Shown: positions 29,122-38,839 of the stretch, one piece after another | Position numbering within the stretch: the stretch's first letter is position 1 | How the letters are laid out: each line of letters starts with the position of its first letter | NCBI GenBank assembly: GCA_963664875.1 | Contig: OY761611.1 | Coordinates: 1,998,111-2,062,110 of the forward strand | From: Candidatus Kapaibacterium sp. | GTDB lineage: Bacteria > Bacteroidota > Ignavibacteria > Kapaibacteriales > UBA2268 | Length of the DNA stretch: 64,000 nucleotides | Direction: 5' to 3' | Notes under the pieces: model-generated | What the model saw: only the letters and a program-made list of their open reading frames with translations | What the model was told of the DNA's origin: nothing | Database searches by the model: none | Made by a program: the position numbers and the translations under genes

Positions 29122-31116
29122 ATGAAACTTTATTTTCTACTTTTTACTCTATTTTTTCTAAGTTTGACTTCGACTCTTCAGTCACAATCTTGGGATCAAC
29201 TAATCAAAATTTGTGCCTCAGACAGAGCTGCAAATGCAAGTTTTGGGACTTCGGTTTCAATCGACGGAGATTATGCTATCGTGGGTGTTCAAGGAGAGGA
29301 TAGTGGAGGAAATGATGCAGGAGCTGCATACATTTTTAAGAAAAATGCAGGCACATGGACACAAATAAAAAAAATTGTAGCCTCTGATCCAACTGCTGCA
29401 GACAATTTTGGTCGTTCAGTATCTATTTCCGGTGATTATGCAATAGTGGGAGCTCCCTCCAATCAGTTTGATCCAGGAGGCAACAATCCACTTAGTAATG
29501 CAGGTAGTGCATATATATTTTATAAAGATCAAGGCGGAGTAGATAATTGGGGACAAATTCAAAAAATTGTGGCACTTGACAGAGCACAAGGCGACAGTTT
29601 TGGTTCATCTGTGTCAATTTCAGGAAATTATTTAATTGTGGGTGCATACGCAGAAAGTCATGACGAAGCAGGTAGTAATTTCTTACATGCTGCCGGCAGT
29701 GCATATATTTTCTATAAAACCGGTGTAACCACCTGGGACTCGGGCATTAAAATTGTTGCTTCGGATAGAGTAGCCGATGCGTATTTTGGGAATTCAGTAT
29801 CAATATACGGAGATTATGCCATTGTAGGAGCACCTTATGAAGACAAAGACGCAGCCGGCTTAAACAGCGTAAGTCGAGCTGGTGGGGCTTACATTTTTTA
29901 CAGAACCGGTACCAATTCGTGGACATCTCGATATAAAATTGTTGCAACGGACAGAGAGAGTGATGATAATTTTGGTATATCTGTTTCTATTTCCGGAAAT
30001 TATGCTATTGTTGGTGCTCCCGGGGAAGATCCAAGTGCAATCCAAAATGCAGGTAGTGCATACATATTTTATAGAACAGCTACTAATACATGGGATTCCG
30101 GCACCAAGATTGTAGCACCTGATGCAGGAGGCAGCGATTTGTTTGGCCAAGCAGTAGCAATTTCGGGAAATTTTGCTGCTATCGGAGTCAGTTATGAAGA
30201 CGAAAATCTTTTAGGTGGAAATACTTTAAACAATGCCGGAAGCGCATATATTTTCAAAAGGACAGGGACAACAACCTGGGATTCCGGTACAAAAGCAATT
30301 ACTACCGACAGAGCTTCCAATGATTGGTTTGGATACTCAGTGTCGATTTCCGGAAGCAATGTTATTTTAACTGCCCCTTATGATTCTGAAGATGCTTTAG
30401 GTGCCAATACTTTGTCAAGTTCAGGAAGTGCCTACATTTTTGGAGGATCTCCTTTAGTCTCTACTGTTTCAATAAGTAACATTACAAGCTCAACTGCAAG
30501 TTCTGGTGGAAATGTATCCGACGAAGGTTCTGCTGCTGTAATTGCTCGTGGCGTCTGCTTGAATACAGGAGGCAATCCTACTACCGCCGATAGTAAAACT
30601 ACAGATGGAATCGGTACAGGAGTGTTTTCCAGCAACATTACAGGACTTCAGCCCAACACTACTTACTATGTTAGAGCTTATGCCACAAATAGTGTAGGGA
30701 CATCTTACGGCGATCAAATAAGCTTTACTACTTTAGCTCTTTCAGTTTCAATTACTAATGTACTTAAAGTTAGTGATACACAATATACTTTTACGAGTGA
30801 TATAAATAATCCCGGTGCAGTAGCAGTCCTCGACAAAGGTATCGTTTGGAGTACCTCTCAAAATCCGACAACTACCTCAAATAGCGGTTCGCTATCTTCG
30901 GGAGCAGGGAGTGTGCAGTTTACTGAAGACGCAACAGGGTTAATCATCGGGCCTGGTTACTATGTTCGTGCTTACATCACCACTCCAAACGGAACATTCT
31001 ATTCTGAGCAGGTTCACTTTGGTGTAGTTCCTACATTGCCTGAATGGGGGCTTATAATCCTTGCCGGCGGATTTTTAGTTACAGGAGGCTGGTTAATGTT
31101 TAGAAAGTTTATGTAG
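29122..31116 (+). CDS. Secreted FG-GAP beta-propeller protein with an FN3/Ig-like domain and an IPTL-CTERM-type sorting tail (paralog C)
   Basis: Signal peptide. Eight ~55-aa repeats of the form ASD.A.D.FG.SVSISGDYAIVGAP..D...AGSAYIF (FG-GAP propeller blades), then the same repeat unit as paralog B. C-terminus VPTLPEWGLIILAGGFLVTGGWLMFRKFM. Confidence 0.8.
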   Translation: MKLYFLLFTLFFLSLTSTLQSQSWDQLIKICASDRAANASFGTSVSIDGDYAIVGVQGEDSGGNDAGAAYIFKKNAGTWTQIKKIVASDPTAADNFGRSVSISGDYAIVGAPSNQFDPGGNNPLSNAGSAYIFYKDQGGVDNWGQIQKIVALDRAQGDSFGSSVSISGNYLIVGAYAESHDEAGSNFLHAAGSAYIFYKTGVTTWDSGIKIVASDRVADAYFGNSVSIYGDYAIVGAPYEDKDAAGLNSVSRAGGAYIFYRTGTNSWTSRYKIVATDRESDDNFGISVSISGNYAIVGAPGEDPSAIQNAGSAYIFYRTATNTWDSGTKIVAPDAGGSDLFGQAVAISGNFAAIGVSYEDENLLGGNTLNNAGSAYIFKRTGTTTWDSGTKAITTDRASNDWFGYSVSISGSNVILTAPYDSEDALGANTLSSSGSAYIFGGSPLVSTVSISNITSSTASSGGNVSDEGSAAVIARGVCLNTGGNPTTADSKTTDGIGTGVFSSNITGLQPNTTYYVRAYATNSVGTSYGDQISFTTLALSVSITNVLKVSDTQYTFTSDINNPGAVAVLDKGIVWSTSQNPTTTSNSGSLSSGAGSVQFTEDATGLIIGPGYYVRAYITTPNGTFYSEQVHFGVVPTLPEWGLIILAGGFLVTGGWLMFRKFM

Positions 31117-31145
31117 TTAGAGCCAATTGCATTCACTAAATAATA

Positions 31146-31190
31146 CAAATCCGCAATATACTTTTTATTAGTAACATTGCGGATTTTTTA
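31146..31190. terminator. Convergent terminator between paralog C (+) and the flotillin gene (-)
   Basis: aatccgcaat...attgcggatt inverted repeat with a T-run. Confidence 0.45.
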
Positions 31191-31216
31191 TATAGAAAAG
31201 AAATCGCTTACTCTTC

Positions 31217-32785
31217 CTATTCTTTACTGCCTTTGTCTTTTTTGAAATGGCTGAGAATGTCAACTCCGGTTGCATTTTCAAGCATTTCTGAAAGAGATAC
31301 TACTGAGCCGGGCAACTGATTGACAAGTTTTTGAATTTGATTGCCGCTGCTGTCGCCGCCGTTGTCAACCATTGTGATTTTGTCAATAGTAATACCCTGA
31401 ATAGTTGAAGTAAGTTTTTCAATGATTTCAGGCAACATTTTAAGCATGAGGATTTTATCCCCGCTACCGTCTGCTGTCTGATATGTTTCAATCATACGTT
31501 TTAAGACTTCAATTTCAGCATTTCCGCTTTCGATGATTGAAGCAGCCTGACCTTTAGCATCAAGTTCTGCAGCTTCTTTACGAGCTTTTGCAGGTTCGAT
31601 AACGTCAGCCATCAATCTTCTTTGTTGCAATTCGATTCTTTCTTTTTCGAGCTCTTGTTCGAATTTGGCTTTCGCCCTTTCGCCGGCAACTCTTGCTTCC
31701 TGCTCGCGAACTATTGCTTCTTTTTCGAGTTCAGCTTTTTTCAATCTTAAATTGTTATTTTCAATTTCTACATTTTGATCTGCGAGTGCTCGATTTACTT
31801 TGATAATCTTATCCGCTTCGATCTGAGCAGATTCGATATTGCGTTTAGCTTCTGCCTGAGCCTGCTCGTAGCGAGCTTTTGCCTGAGCTTCGGCTTCGCG
31901 TGCTTCAGCTTCTTTCAATGCTTTGGAAATAAGCACATTCTGCTCAGCTTCCACTTTTGCCTTTTCGGCTCTTTCTTTTGCTCTTGCCTCTGCCTCCTGA
32001 GTGGCAGCTGCTTTGTTGGCTTCAGAGATAGCAATTTGCTGGTCAGTTTCGATTCTCGCCTGTTCTATATTTTGGCGGGCAAGTGCTTTTGCTTTTTCAG
32101 CTCTTTCGAGAGCGGTAGCTTCTGCTTCCTGAGCTTCAGCATTTTTTTCAGCTTCAGCCTTTTTAGCTCTTGCAATAACTTCAGCAGTCTTGCCACGGCC
32201 AATAGAATTTAGATAGCCGGATTCGTCGCTAATATTAGTAATTTTTAGAGTATCGAGCTGAAGACCGAGTTTTTGCAAATCTATATCTGCTTCTTCCATC
32301 AGCGTATCAGCAAATTTCAATCTGTCTTCGTTTACCTCTTCAGGTGTAAGAGCTGCCAATACACCACGCAAGTTACCTTCAAGAGTTTCTTTTGCTATAG
32401 CGTGGATATCTGATTCGCTCATTGTCAAAAATCTTTCAACTGCATTGCCAAATTCAGGCTCTTTAGAGCAGATTTTAGTATTGGCAATAGCATCAATTAT
32501 TAGAGGGATACCGCCTTTTGAATATGCATTGCTGACAGAAAGCTCGATTGGAATAGTTTCCAAGGACATACGAGATGCTTTTTCCAAAAACGGAATACGT
32601 AAAGCTCTGCCACCTTTGATAATTCGGTATCCAACTAAGCTGCCGTCCGGCAAAGTCCTTTTCCTACCGGACAAGATTATCACCTCGTTGGGCTGAGAAA
32701 TTAAGAGCAACCTACTGATCGCAAAAAATACAACTACAAGTGCAAATGCACCTAGTGCAACTATGGTAAGAACAAACTCACCCAT
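31217..32785 (-). CDS. Flotillin-like SPFH (band-7) domain protein (YqiK family)
   Basis: N-terminal membrane anchor, an SPFH domain, then a long E/A/K-rich coiled coil (EAEARAKERAEKAKVEAEQ...) and a flotillin-like C-terminus. Confidence 0.8.
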   Translation of the reverse strand: MGEFVLTIVALGAFALVVVFFAISRLLLISQPNEVIILSGRKRTLPDGSLVGYRIIKGGRALRIPFLEKASRMSLETIPIELSVSNAYSKGGIPLIIDAIANTKICSKEPEFGNAVERFLTMSESDIHAIAKETLEGNLRGVLAALTPEEVNEDRLKFADTLMEEADIDLQKLGLQLDTLKITNISDESGYLNSIGRGKTAEVIARAKKAEAEKNAEAQEAEATALERAEKAKALARQNIEQARIETDQQIAISEANKAAATQEAEARAKERAEKAKVEAEQNVLISKALKEAEAREAEAQAKARYEQAQAEAKRNIESAQIEADKIIKVNRALADQNVEIENNNLRLKKAELEKEAIVREQEARVAGERAKAKFEQELEKERIELQQRRLMADVIEPAKARKEAAELDAKGQAASIIESGNAEIEVLKRMIETYQTADGSGDKILMLKMLPEIIEKLTSTIQGITIDKITMVDNGGDSSGNQIQKLVNQLPGSVVSLSEMLENATGVDILSHFKKDKGSKE

Positions 32786-32796
32786 TGATAAATCTC

Positions 32797-33438
32797 CTAA
32801 ATTTGTTGTTGACTGACTATGAAATAAATACCGTTGCTATAATCGATTATAAAAACTTCCTCTCCCCTGTCATATGAGTCTGATTCGGAAGTATCAGATA
32901 CTTTTACCATGAGTTCATGGATTTCGTTATTTGATTTGACAATAATTTTCCCAATTTTGTCTTTCTTTGCAGGTATGGTTACTTTGCCGCTTCTGCCGAT
33001 AAAATTGCTGCTATTCAGGGCTTCGCCACTCTCAGAATCTTTGAGATAGCTCATCAGCTTGTGCCCCGCAGCCCAGGACAAAGTTCCAATCCCTAAGGCA
33101 GATGCTAATGTTACTATGAAAGGCATAGCCATCAAAGTCAAAATAGTACCTGTAAGTCCATAAAAAGTTGAGAAGTAAATCACATTCCTGAAACTAAGAA
33201 ATTTCACGGCATCAGTCGGATGAATTATATCTTTCGATATTTCTGAATGGGACATATCAATATGATCCACAGAAGCATCTGCAGTCAAATCAAAATCCGA
33301 GTGTGTGTCTAAAGAATGTAAGTCTGCGTGGCCGCTGTCCAAAGCGTCCGTTCCGTCGATATCTCCGCCTCCGGAAAGCAAAGATACTCCCAGCAAAATG
33401 CCCCCAAAAAGAAGACAAGCCAGATAAAAGATAAGCAT
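32797..33438 (-). CDS. NfeD-family membrane protein (YqiJ-like), partner of flotillin
   Basis: Membrane N-terminal region and a C-terminal OB-fold segment (GRSGKVTIPAKKDKIGKIIVKSNNEIHELMV..GEEVFII). It sits immediately upstream of the flotillin gene, as in yqiJK operons. Confidence 0.65.
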   Translation of the reverse strand: MLIFYLACLLFGGILLGVSLLSGGGDIDGTDALDSGHADLHSLDTHSDFDLTADASVDHIDMSHSEISKDIIHPTDAVKFLSFRNVIYFSTFYGLTGTILTLMAMPFIVTLASALGIGTLSWAAGHKLMSYLKDSESGEALNSSNFIGRSGKVTIPAKKDKIGKIIVKSNNEIHELMVKVSDTSESDSYDRGEEVFIIDYSNGIYFIVSQQQI

Positions 33439-33697
33439 AATTACTCCTGTTCAGTTGGAGTCAATAGTAAAGTGTAGTTTTTTTGATATGCCTCAAGATA
33501 ATATAAATCGTTTTAATAATTGATAGTTTTTTCAGAAATATATCTACTTGAATAATAATACGCCACCCGAAATAAAAGGTTGCGAAAAATCGACGCCAAA
33601 ATATTTTTATCCCGTGTAGAATCTTACATCATATTAAAATTTATTTTTCTATATTTGTATATTGTATATTTAAACACCAAAATATAAGAGGTAAATA

Positions 33698-34366
33698 ATG
33701 TTTAATAACTTCGCAAAATTGAAATCTTTGCTTTTAATTGCATGCCTAAGTGTAATTTTTGTAGCTTGTGGAGACGATGATACTGCAACAAGTCCATCTA
33801 CTCCTAAAATCACTTTAGATTTACCAACAGACTTGGAAGGCTCTACTTTTTCTGGGGCTGTGCCTATACTTTATAATGAAAAGTATAAGGATCTTGATTT
33901 AAGCTCAGTTAGTGCTTATCTTGGAAATTTCCATCAGGATAACTACATCGCTCCTGCTAATTTAATCCAAAACGCTTCGGGTAGCTGTTTAAGCTTTACT
34001 TTGCCTGCAAGAATTAGCACTACTAAACGCTTCGTTGCCTATAAAAATCTAAATTATAACAATCTTGATTGCAACCCTGAAAATCTTGGAAGAACTACAT
34101 CTAAAGTAAGATTCTTCTCTACTACTAATGGTAAAAAACAATACGAACTTATGATTGGTACTCCTTCAATTACTAATCCTGAAGTTCTTACTAAAGAATA
34201 TCATTTGTACTTCTGGAGCGATTACGGCACAGCTACTGGTACAGAAACTCCGTACAAAGTTAGCTATGCTGTAGATAAAGGATGGAATATTACTGAAAAG
34301 GACGGTAATAATTTAACTACTGTCGCAGGCTTCCAAGGCGAAGTAATGTTTACTATAATTCCATAA
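33698..34366 (+). CDS. Hypothetical lipoprotein
   Basis: Signal peptide with lipobox (LSVIFVAC-GDDD). No recognisable domain. Confidence 0.5.
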   Translation: MFNNFAKLKSLLLIACLSVIFVACGDDDTATSPSTPKITLDLPTDLEGSTFSGAVPILYNEKYKDLDLSSVSAYLGNFHQDNYIAPANLIQNASGSCLSFTLPARISTTKRFVAYKNLNYNNLDCNPENLGRTTSKVRFFSTTNGKKQYELMIGTPSITNPEVLTKEYHLYFWSDYGTATGTETPYKVSYAVDKGWNITEKDGNNLTTVAGFQGEVMFTIIP

Positions 34367-34390
34367 GCACAATAAAATTTACATTTTCGG

Positions 34391-34421
34391 GCTAATATCT
34401 TCAAGGGTATTAGCTTTTTTT
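34391..34421 (+). terminator. Rho-independent terminator after the lipoprotein gene
   Basis: gctaata-N10-tattagc hairpin followed by T7. Confidence 0.5.
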
Positions 34422-34691
34422 ATGTGCATTCTTGAGCCTGCACTGCGATACTTTGACAGGCTCAGTACATTGCTCGCTGCTCTCGCTGTTGTCGAGCGAA
34501 TAAGGAAGTCGAGATGCAGTGACCTTGTTTTAAATCAGTAGGAGGCTGTCTTATAAGTCTTTTCTTCGATTTTACAATCTAAATTCAAGTAATAAATGCA
34601 ACACTTATTTGAGACGTTATAGAAGAAAAGCATAAATTTTTCAATACAGGAAAGCAGAAAAAATCTGCCTCCCGTGTTTTGATTGCCCCCT

Positions 34692-34740
34692 CTCAAAAAA
34701 CAAGGCTCCTCATTACTGAGAAGCCTTGCTTTTTATTATA
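34692..34740. terminator. Hairpin with flanking A/T runs 3' of the YfhO-like gene (terminator, possibly bidirectional)
   Basis: caaggctcc..N..gaagccttg with aaaaaa upstream and ttttt downstream. Confidence 0.4.
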
Positions 34741-34765
34741 TCATATAATCGATGTCGAAGTTAAT

Positions 34766-37228
34766 CTATTCTTTATCTTCTTTTTTTCTGCCTCTGAAAT
34801 GGAGGAAGATGCCACCAAGAAGTGCAAGTATGGTCAGACCATTTGTTGCCATACTTATAGTTTTGCCGGTTTCGTACGAGTCGGAGTGGTATTTGAATTC
34901 CACTTTGTGCTGACCCGCAGGTACTACAATAGATCGGAAAGCAAAGTTAGTTTTATAGATTTCTGTTTCTTTGCCATCTATATATGCTTTCCACGCAACG
35001 GGATAGTAAATTTCAGATAAAAGCAGAAGGTTGTTACCTGTTGCATTTACATTTAGTTCAATGAGTTCGTTTTCGTATTTAGTAACTTCAGCTTTTGCTG
35101 ATTCGCCCGCAGGGTCGATATTTAGACCTTTGTCTTCTTCCATGTATGCAACCTGCTTCGGATCGAAAGATCCTGTTTTTAGTTTTTCTAAGATTGCTTT
35201 AGCGTCTGCTATTTCTACAGAATTGACAAACTCAGCACGTTTCAGCATATTCGGATTTTGGAATACATAAGCACCTGATTGTTGCGACTGCATCACAGGA
35301 GGCAAGCCTACGTTCTGACCTGCAATAATATATTTCACATTAAGAAGATTCCAAAGGAATGGATTTGTTACATAAGAAGTTGAAGCTCTGTCTGCATTGT
35401 CGAGCATATCCTGATATACTCTTAGTTTTGCTGAGTGGTAGCCACCAACATTTTGTAGCCCGAAATAAGCAGGAATATTAGCCTGACGAGTAAAATCAGT
35501 AATACGGAATAAATCTTTGTCTTGTTTTAAAAATGCTTCGATATCACTTTCCTTGAAGTATTCCTTGCTCATGTCATATTTAGATACTTCCATTGGACGG
35601 TAAGCAATTCGCCACATATCAAAAACTGAAAGCACGACAAGCACTACCACGAGTCCTGCATATTTAAGTTTATTAGCACGGAAAGCCCAGAAAAGCCCCC
35701 CGGCAACAGCAAGAATAGCTACATTGATAAACCAGTCGCTTATCATTATACTCCATAATTCTTTTTGCAGAGGCATGTGCTGTAGCTTTTCGCCAACTGA
35801 GGCGATGTAGTCATCTTTAAATGCTGCAGCCCAGATAGCTCCAAGCAAAGCAAACCCACCAACTCCATAGAAGAAAAATTTAAGATATTTGCTAACTTTT
35901 TCTTCGTTGCTGATAAGTGAATTGATGCCGTAACCTGCAAGTATCGGGAAAGTAAAGTGCATCATAGCCAAAGACATTGAAGGAGCACGAAACTTATTGA
36001 ACATTGGCACATAGTAGTAAAAGAAGTCAAAAAGAATCGGCAAATTATCGCCGAATGATAACAGCAATCCTATCATTGCAATAGTCATCATTGCCTGGAC
36101 AAAAATATCTTTTCTGTTATATATGAACCCTACAATAGCCAGAGCAAAAACAATAATACCCATATAAGGAGGGGAATCTTCTATTTCTTTTTGTCCCCAA
36201 TAAGTAACAATTTTATCCGGGATACCCTGCTGAGTCGGCAAGCGAAGAGTGTTGTCAGTTTTGCCGAAACCGTAGTAACTTGGCACTGCAAAAGTCAAAC
36301 ATTCAGAAGGTGTGTATGAAAACATTGTTGCATATTCATAGTCATGCCCACCGTTTTCAGTTACATGTGCATCTTGTTTGACAAGAGGAGCAGACCCGCG
36401 AGTGGAATAAGGCATATATTCCTGTGTGCTGAAAAATCTATCTGAAGACATCAGATAGGACAAACCACCTGCCAATGCCAAAAGTCCAGCCACATAAACT
36501 ACATTCAGTGCTTTATCTTTTCTGATAAGACGAGAAACGAACTCAAATATCAGATATATACCAAAAGACAAGATACCGTAAAAAATCATCTGATAGTGAG
36601 CACCTTCGAGCATGATATGTACCACTACTATCAGCAGAGCAGCATGCAGCAGTGTGATTTTCTCACGGAGCCGTTCCATCAGCATAAATATATAAGGGAA
36701 CATAGCTATCACCATTGGTTTGGTGTTGTGCCCTATCATTATCCAAGTAATAACATAAGTAGAAAACACTGCTGCAAATGCAGTAATAAATGAAGCAAGT
36801 CTATCCTGCTTTTTACTCCTCATAAGCAGATACATACCAACAGCATACACTGCATAGAAAGAAGCTACGCGAGCGGCATCGCTGGAGAATATATTACCCA
36901 CAAACTCAGTAAGAGCGAAGAAAAGATGCGGTATAAGGTCATAAGCCCTTGAGCCGGTAGTAAGCAAAGAAGCAAAACTTGGCATGCCACTAAAAATATA
37001 TGGAATCCATTGCGGGAATTCCCCTTTAGAATTTGCTTTTTCGAGAAAGGGTTTGAAACTTTCGGATGCAACGTTGTCAGAAGCGTTGAAACCACCGGAC
37101 ATTATTGCATTGCCGAAAAAGATATAAATCAGCAGCACCAGTAGCCCTGCAAAAAAGACATCCTGGTACTTTTCAGGAATGAAGAACTTCCTGTCATTCG
37201 GGTTAAAATTGCTCATAGCTATTCCCAA
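34766..37228 (-). CDS. YfhO-family polytopic membrane protein (putative GT-C-type glycosyltransferase)
   Basis: 820 aa with more than 12 predicted transmembrane helices and an N-terminal region typical of YfhO-like proteins. Confidence 0.6.
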   Translation of the reverse strand: MGIAMSNFNPNDRKFFIPEKYQDVFFAGLLVLLIYIFFGNAIMSGGFNASDNVASESFKPFLEKANSKGEFPQWIPYIFSGMPSFASLLTTGSRAYDLIPHLFFALTEFVGNIFSSDAARVASFYAVYAVGMYLLMRSKKQDRLASFITAFAAVFSTYVITWIMIGHNTKPMVIAMFPYIFMLMERLREKITLLHAALLIVVVHIMLEGAHYQMIFYGILSFGIYLIFEFVSRLIRKDKALNVVYVAGLLALAGGLSYLMSSDRFFSTQEYMPYSTRGSAPLVKQDAHVTENGGHDYEYATMFSYTPSECLTFAVPSYYGFGKTDNTLRLPTQQGIPDKIVTYWGQKEIEDSPPYMGIIVFALAIVGFIYNRKDIFVQAMMTIAMIGLLLSFGDNLPILFDFFYYYVPMFNKFRAPSMSLAMMHFTFPILAGYGINSLISNEEKVSKYLKFFFYGVGGFALLGAIWAAAFKDDYIASVGEKLQHMPLQKELWSIMISDWFINVAILAVAGGLFWAFRANKLKYAGLVVVLVVLSVFDMWRIAYRPMEVSKYDMSKEYFKESDIEAFLKQDKDLFRITDFTRQANIPAYFGLQNVGGYHSAKLRVYQDMLDNADRASTSYVTNPFLWNLLNVKYIIAGQNVGLPPVMQSQQSGAYVFQNPNMLKRAEFVNSVEIADAKAILEKLKTGSFDPKQVAYMEEDKGLNIDPAGESAKAEVTKYENELIELNVNATGNNLLLLSEIYYPVAWKAYIDGKETEIYKTNFAFRSIVVPAGQHKVEFKYHSDSYETGKTISMATNGLTILALLGGIFLHFRGRKKEDKE

Positions 37229-37326
37229 TATTACTATTTAGAAACTATTATTTTTCCAATTTTTCAAGTTAACAATAAAAAAGCAAAAATCTAACTCTAA
37301 ATGTGCTATTGCAGGTGCAAATAGAT

Positions 37327-37944
37327 TTATTCCCAAACATACACAGTAGCTACAATAGCATCTCCCGAGCTATAGAGAGTAATTTCATCTGATGCAAGGT
37401 CTGTGCAGGCAAGGAAGTCTCCTTCATCGAGTTCGACAAGTGTGGAATTGATGCGAATGGAAACAGCACCACTATATGAATAAAAGAATGTCTTATTTAT
37501 TTCTGCTCTTGGAATAAATTTGACTGAATTGTCTCTGCTTATCAGCCAATACGACATTTCTGCTTCTGTAGTACCTATGGTCATTAGATTGAAATCAATA
37601 CACTTACCAATAGATTTTGTATTCACTCCGCCGGAAAACCTATGAATCTGTAGTGGGGCTAAATCGATAGGATTTTTACCATCATGTATCAATTTGATAT
37701 TTCCGACTAAAGTCATAATCTGCCTATCTACACCCTCGAGTGGAGTAAAATCTGACTCTTCAAGTTCTACAGTTGCTGTGCTTATCCTAAATTCAAAAGT
37801 TTTTTCTTTATAATCAGCATTTTCCGGGAATATGTATAACTGAGTTGTCGTGCCGCCAGCCCAAGTGCTTTTTTTCAATTCATTTTTTTTAAACAAGCGA
37901 TATTGCATTTGATTTTTTTCCTTATTACAAAACGGATTGTGCAA
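37327..37944 (-). CDS. HutD/Ves-family protein
   Basis: Conserved STWAGGTTTQL motif and the size and beta-rich composition of the HutD family. Confidence 0.5.
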   Translation of the reverse strand: MHNPFCNKEKNQMQYRLFKKNELKKSTWAGGTTTQLYIFPENADYKEKTFEFRISTATVELEESDFTPLEGVDRQIMTLVGNIKLIHDGKNPIDLAPLQIHRFSGGVNTKSIGKCIDFNLMTIGTTEAEMSYWLISRDNSVKFIPRAEINKTFFYSYSGAVSIRINSTLVELDEGDFLACTDLASDEITLYSSGDAIVATVYVWE

Positions 37945-38117
37945 AATAGCAACAAATCAACAAATGTTTGCCAAATAATACCCGCTAATTTTGCAAAATA
38001 CAAGGTATTAACAAACTCGATAAAGACGCAGGGTTTGAGTAAAATTACTTTGAAACATAATATTTTTGATTTCGTTTATGTAAATATTACAGATTCACAG
38101 TTTAGGCGAGGCTATTT

Positions 38118-38828
38118 ATGCAAGTGTTATATAAAGCAGAGGAAAGAGGACATGCAAATCATGGCTGGTTAGACTCCTATCACTCATTTAGTTTTGCAGG
38201 CTATTATGACCCCAAAAAAATGAATTTCGGATCTTTGCGGGTATTGAATGATGATACTATCTCTCCGGGTAGTGGCTTCGATGCGCATCCCCACGACAAT
38301 ATGGAAATTATATCCATACCTCTTGAAGGGAAATTAGCTCATAAAGACAGTATGGGGAACGGCTCTGTCATTGAGGAGGGCGACATACAGATTATGAGTG
38401 CAGGGACAGGTATCCTGCATAGTGAATTCAACGGTAGTGATACAGAAATTGGCAAATTCCTGCAGATTTGGATTTTCCCTAAAGAGAGAAACATCAAACC
38501 AAGATATGACCAGATTTCAATCAGAGATTTGCGAATGGAAAATAAATTGTATCAAATTGTTTCTCCTTACGTCAATGAGCAGGGAGTGCAAATCATGCAG
38601 GATGCTTGGTTTCACATGGGGGAATTTGACGAGGGTGTAACCGAAACTTATAAAATTCGTAAAGAAGGAAACGGTGTTTACATCTTTGTAATTGAAGGAA
38701 ATATAGAAATCAACGGAACGGTATTAAAGGATAGAGATGCTCTGGGAATAAGTGATGCGGAGCTATTAGAAGTAAAATCGAACACAAAATCAAAATTTTT
38801 AATAATGGACATACCAATGTCGCGATAG
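38118..38828 (+). CDS. Pirin-family cupin protein
   Basis: Pirin N-terminal signature (HANHGWLDSYHSFSFAGYYDP, HPHDNMEIISIPLEG..HKDSMGN) and a bicupin layout. Confidence 0.8.
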   Translation: MQVLYKAEERGHANHGWLDSYHSFSFAGYYDPKKMNFGSLRVLNDDTISPGSGFDAHPHDNMEIISIPLEGKLAHKDSMGNGSVIEEGDIQIMSAGTGILHSEFNGSDTEIGKFLQIWIFPKERNIKPRYDQISIRDLRMENKLYQIVSPYVNEQGVQIMQDAWFHMGEFDEGVTETYKIRKEGNGVYIFVIEGNIEINGTVLKDRDALGISDAELLEVKSNTKSKFLIMDIPMSR

Positions 38829-38839
38829 GAGATAAAAAA

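Noticed and set aside
31775-32212. 145-aa Cys/Phe/Ser-rich plus-strand ORF
   Set aside because: It is antisense to the flotillin coiled-coil region. Low-complexity GAA/GCT repeats generate an open reverse frame.
37903-38172. 89-aa ORF spanning the HutD/pirin intergenic region
   Set aside because: It overlaps the starts of two well-supported genes on both strands and has no domain.
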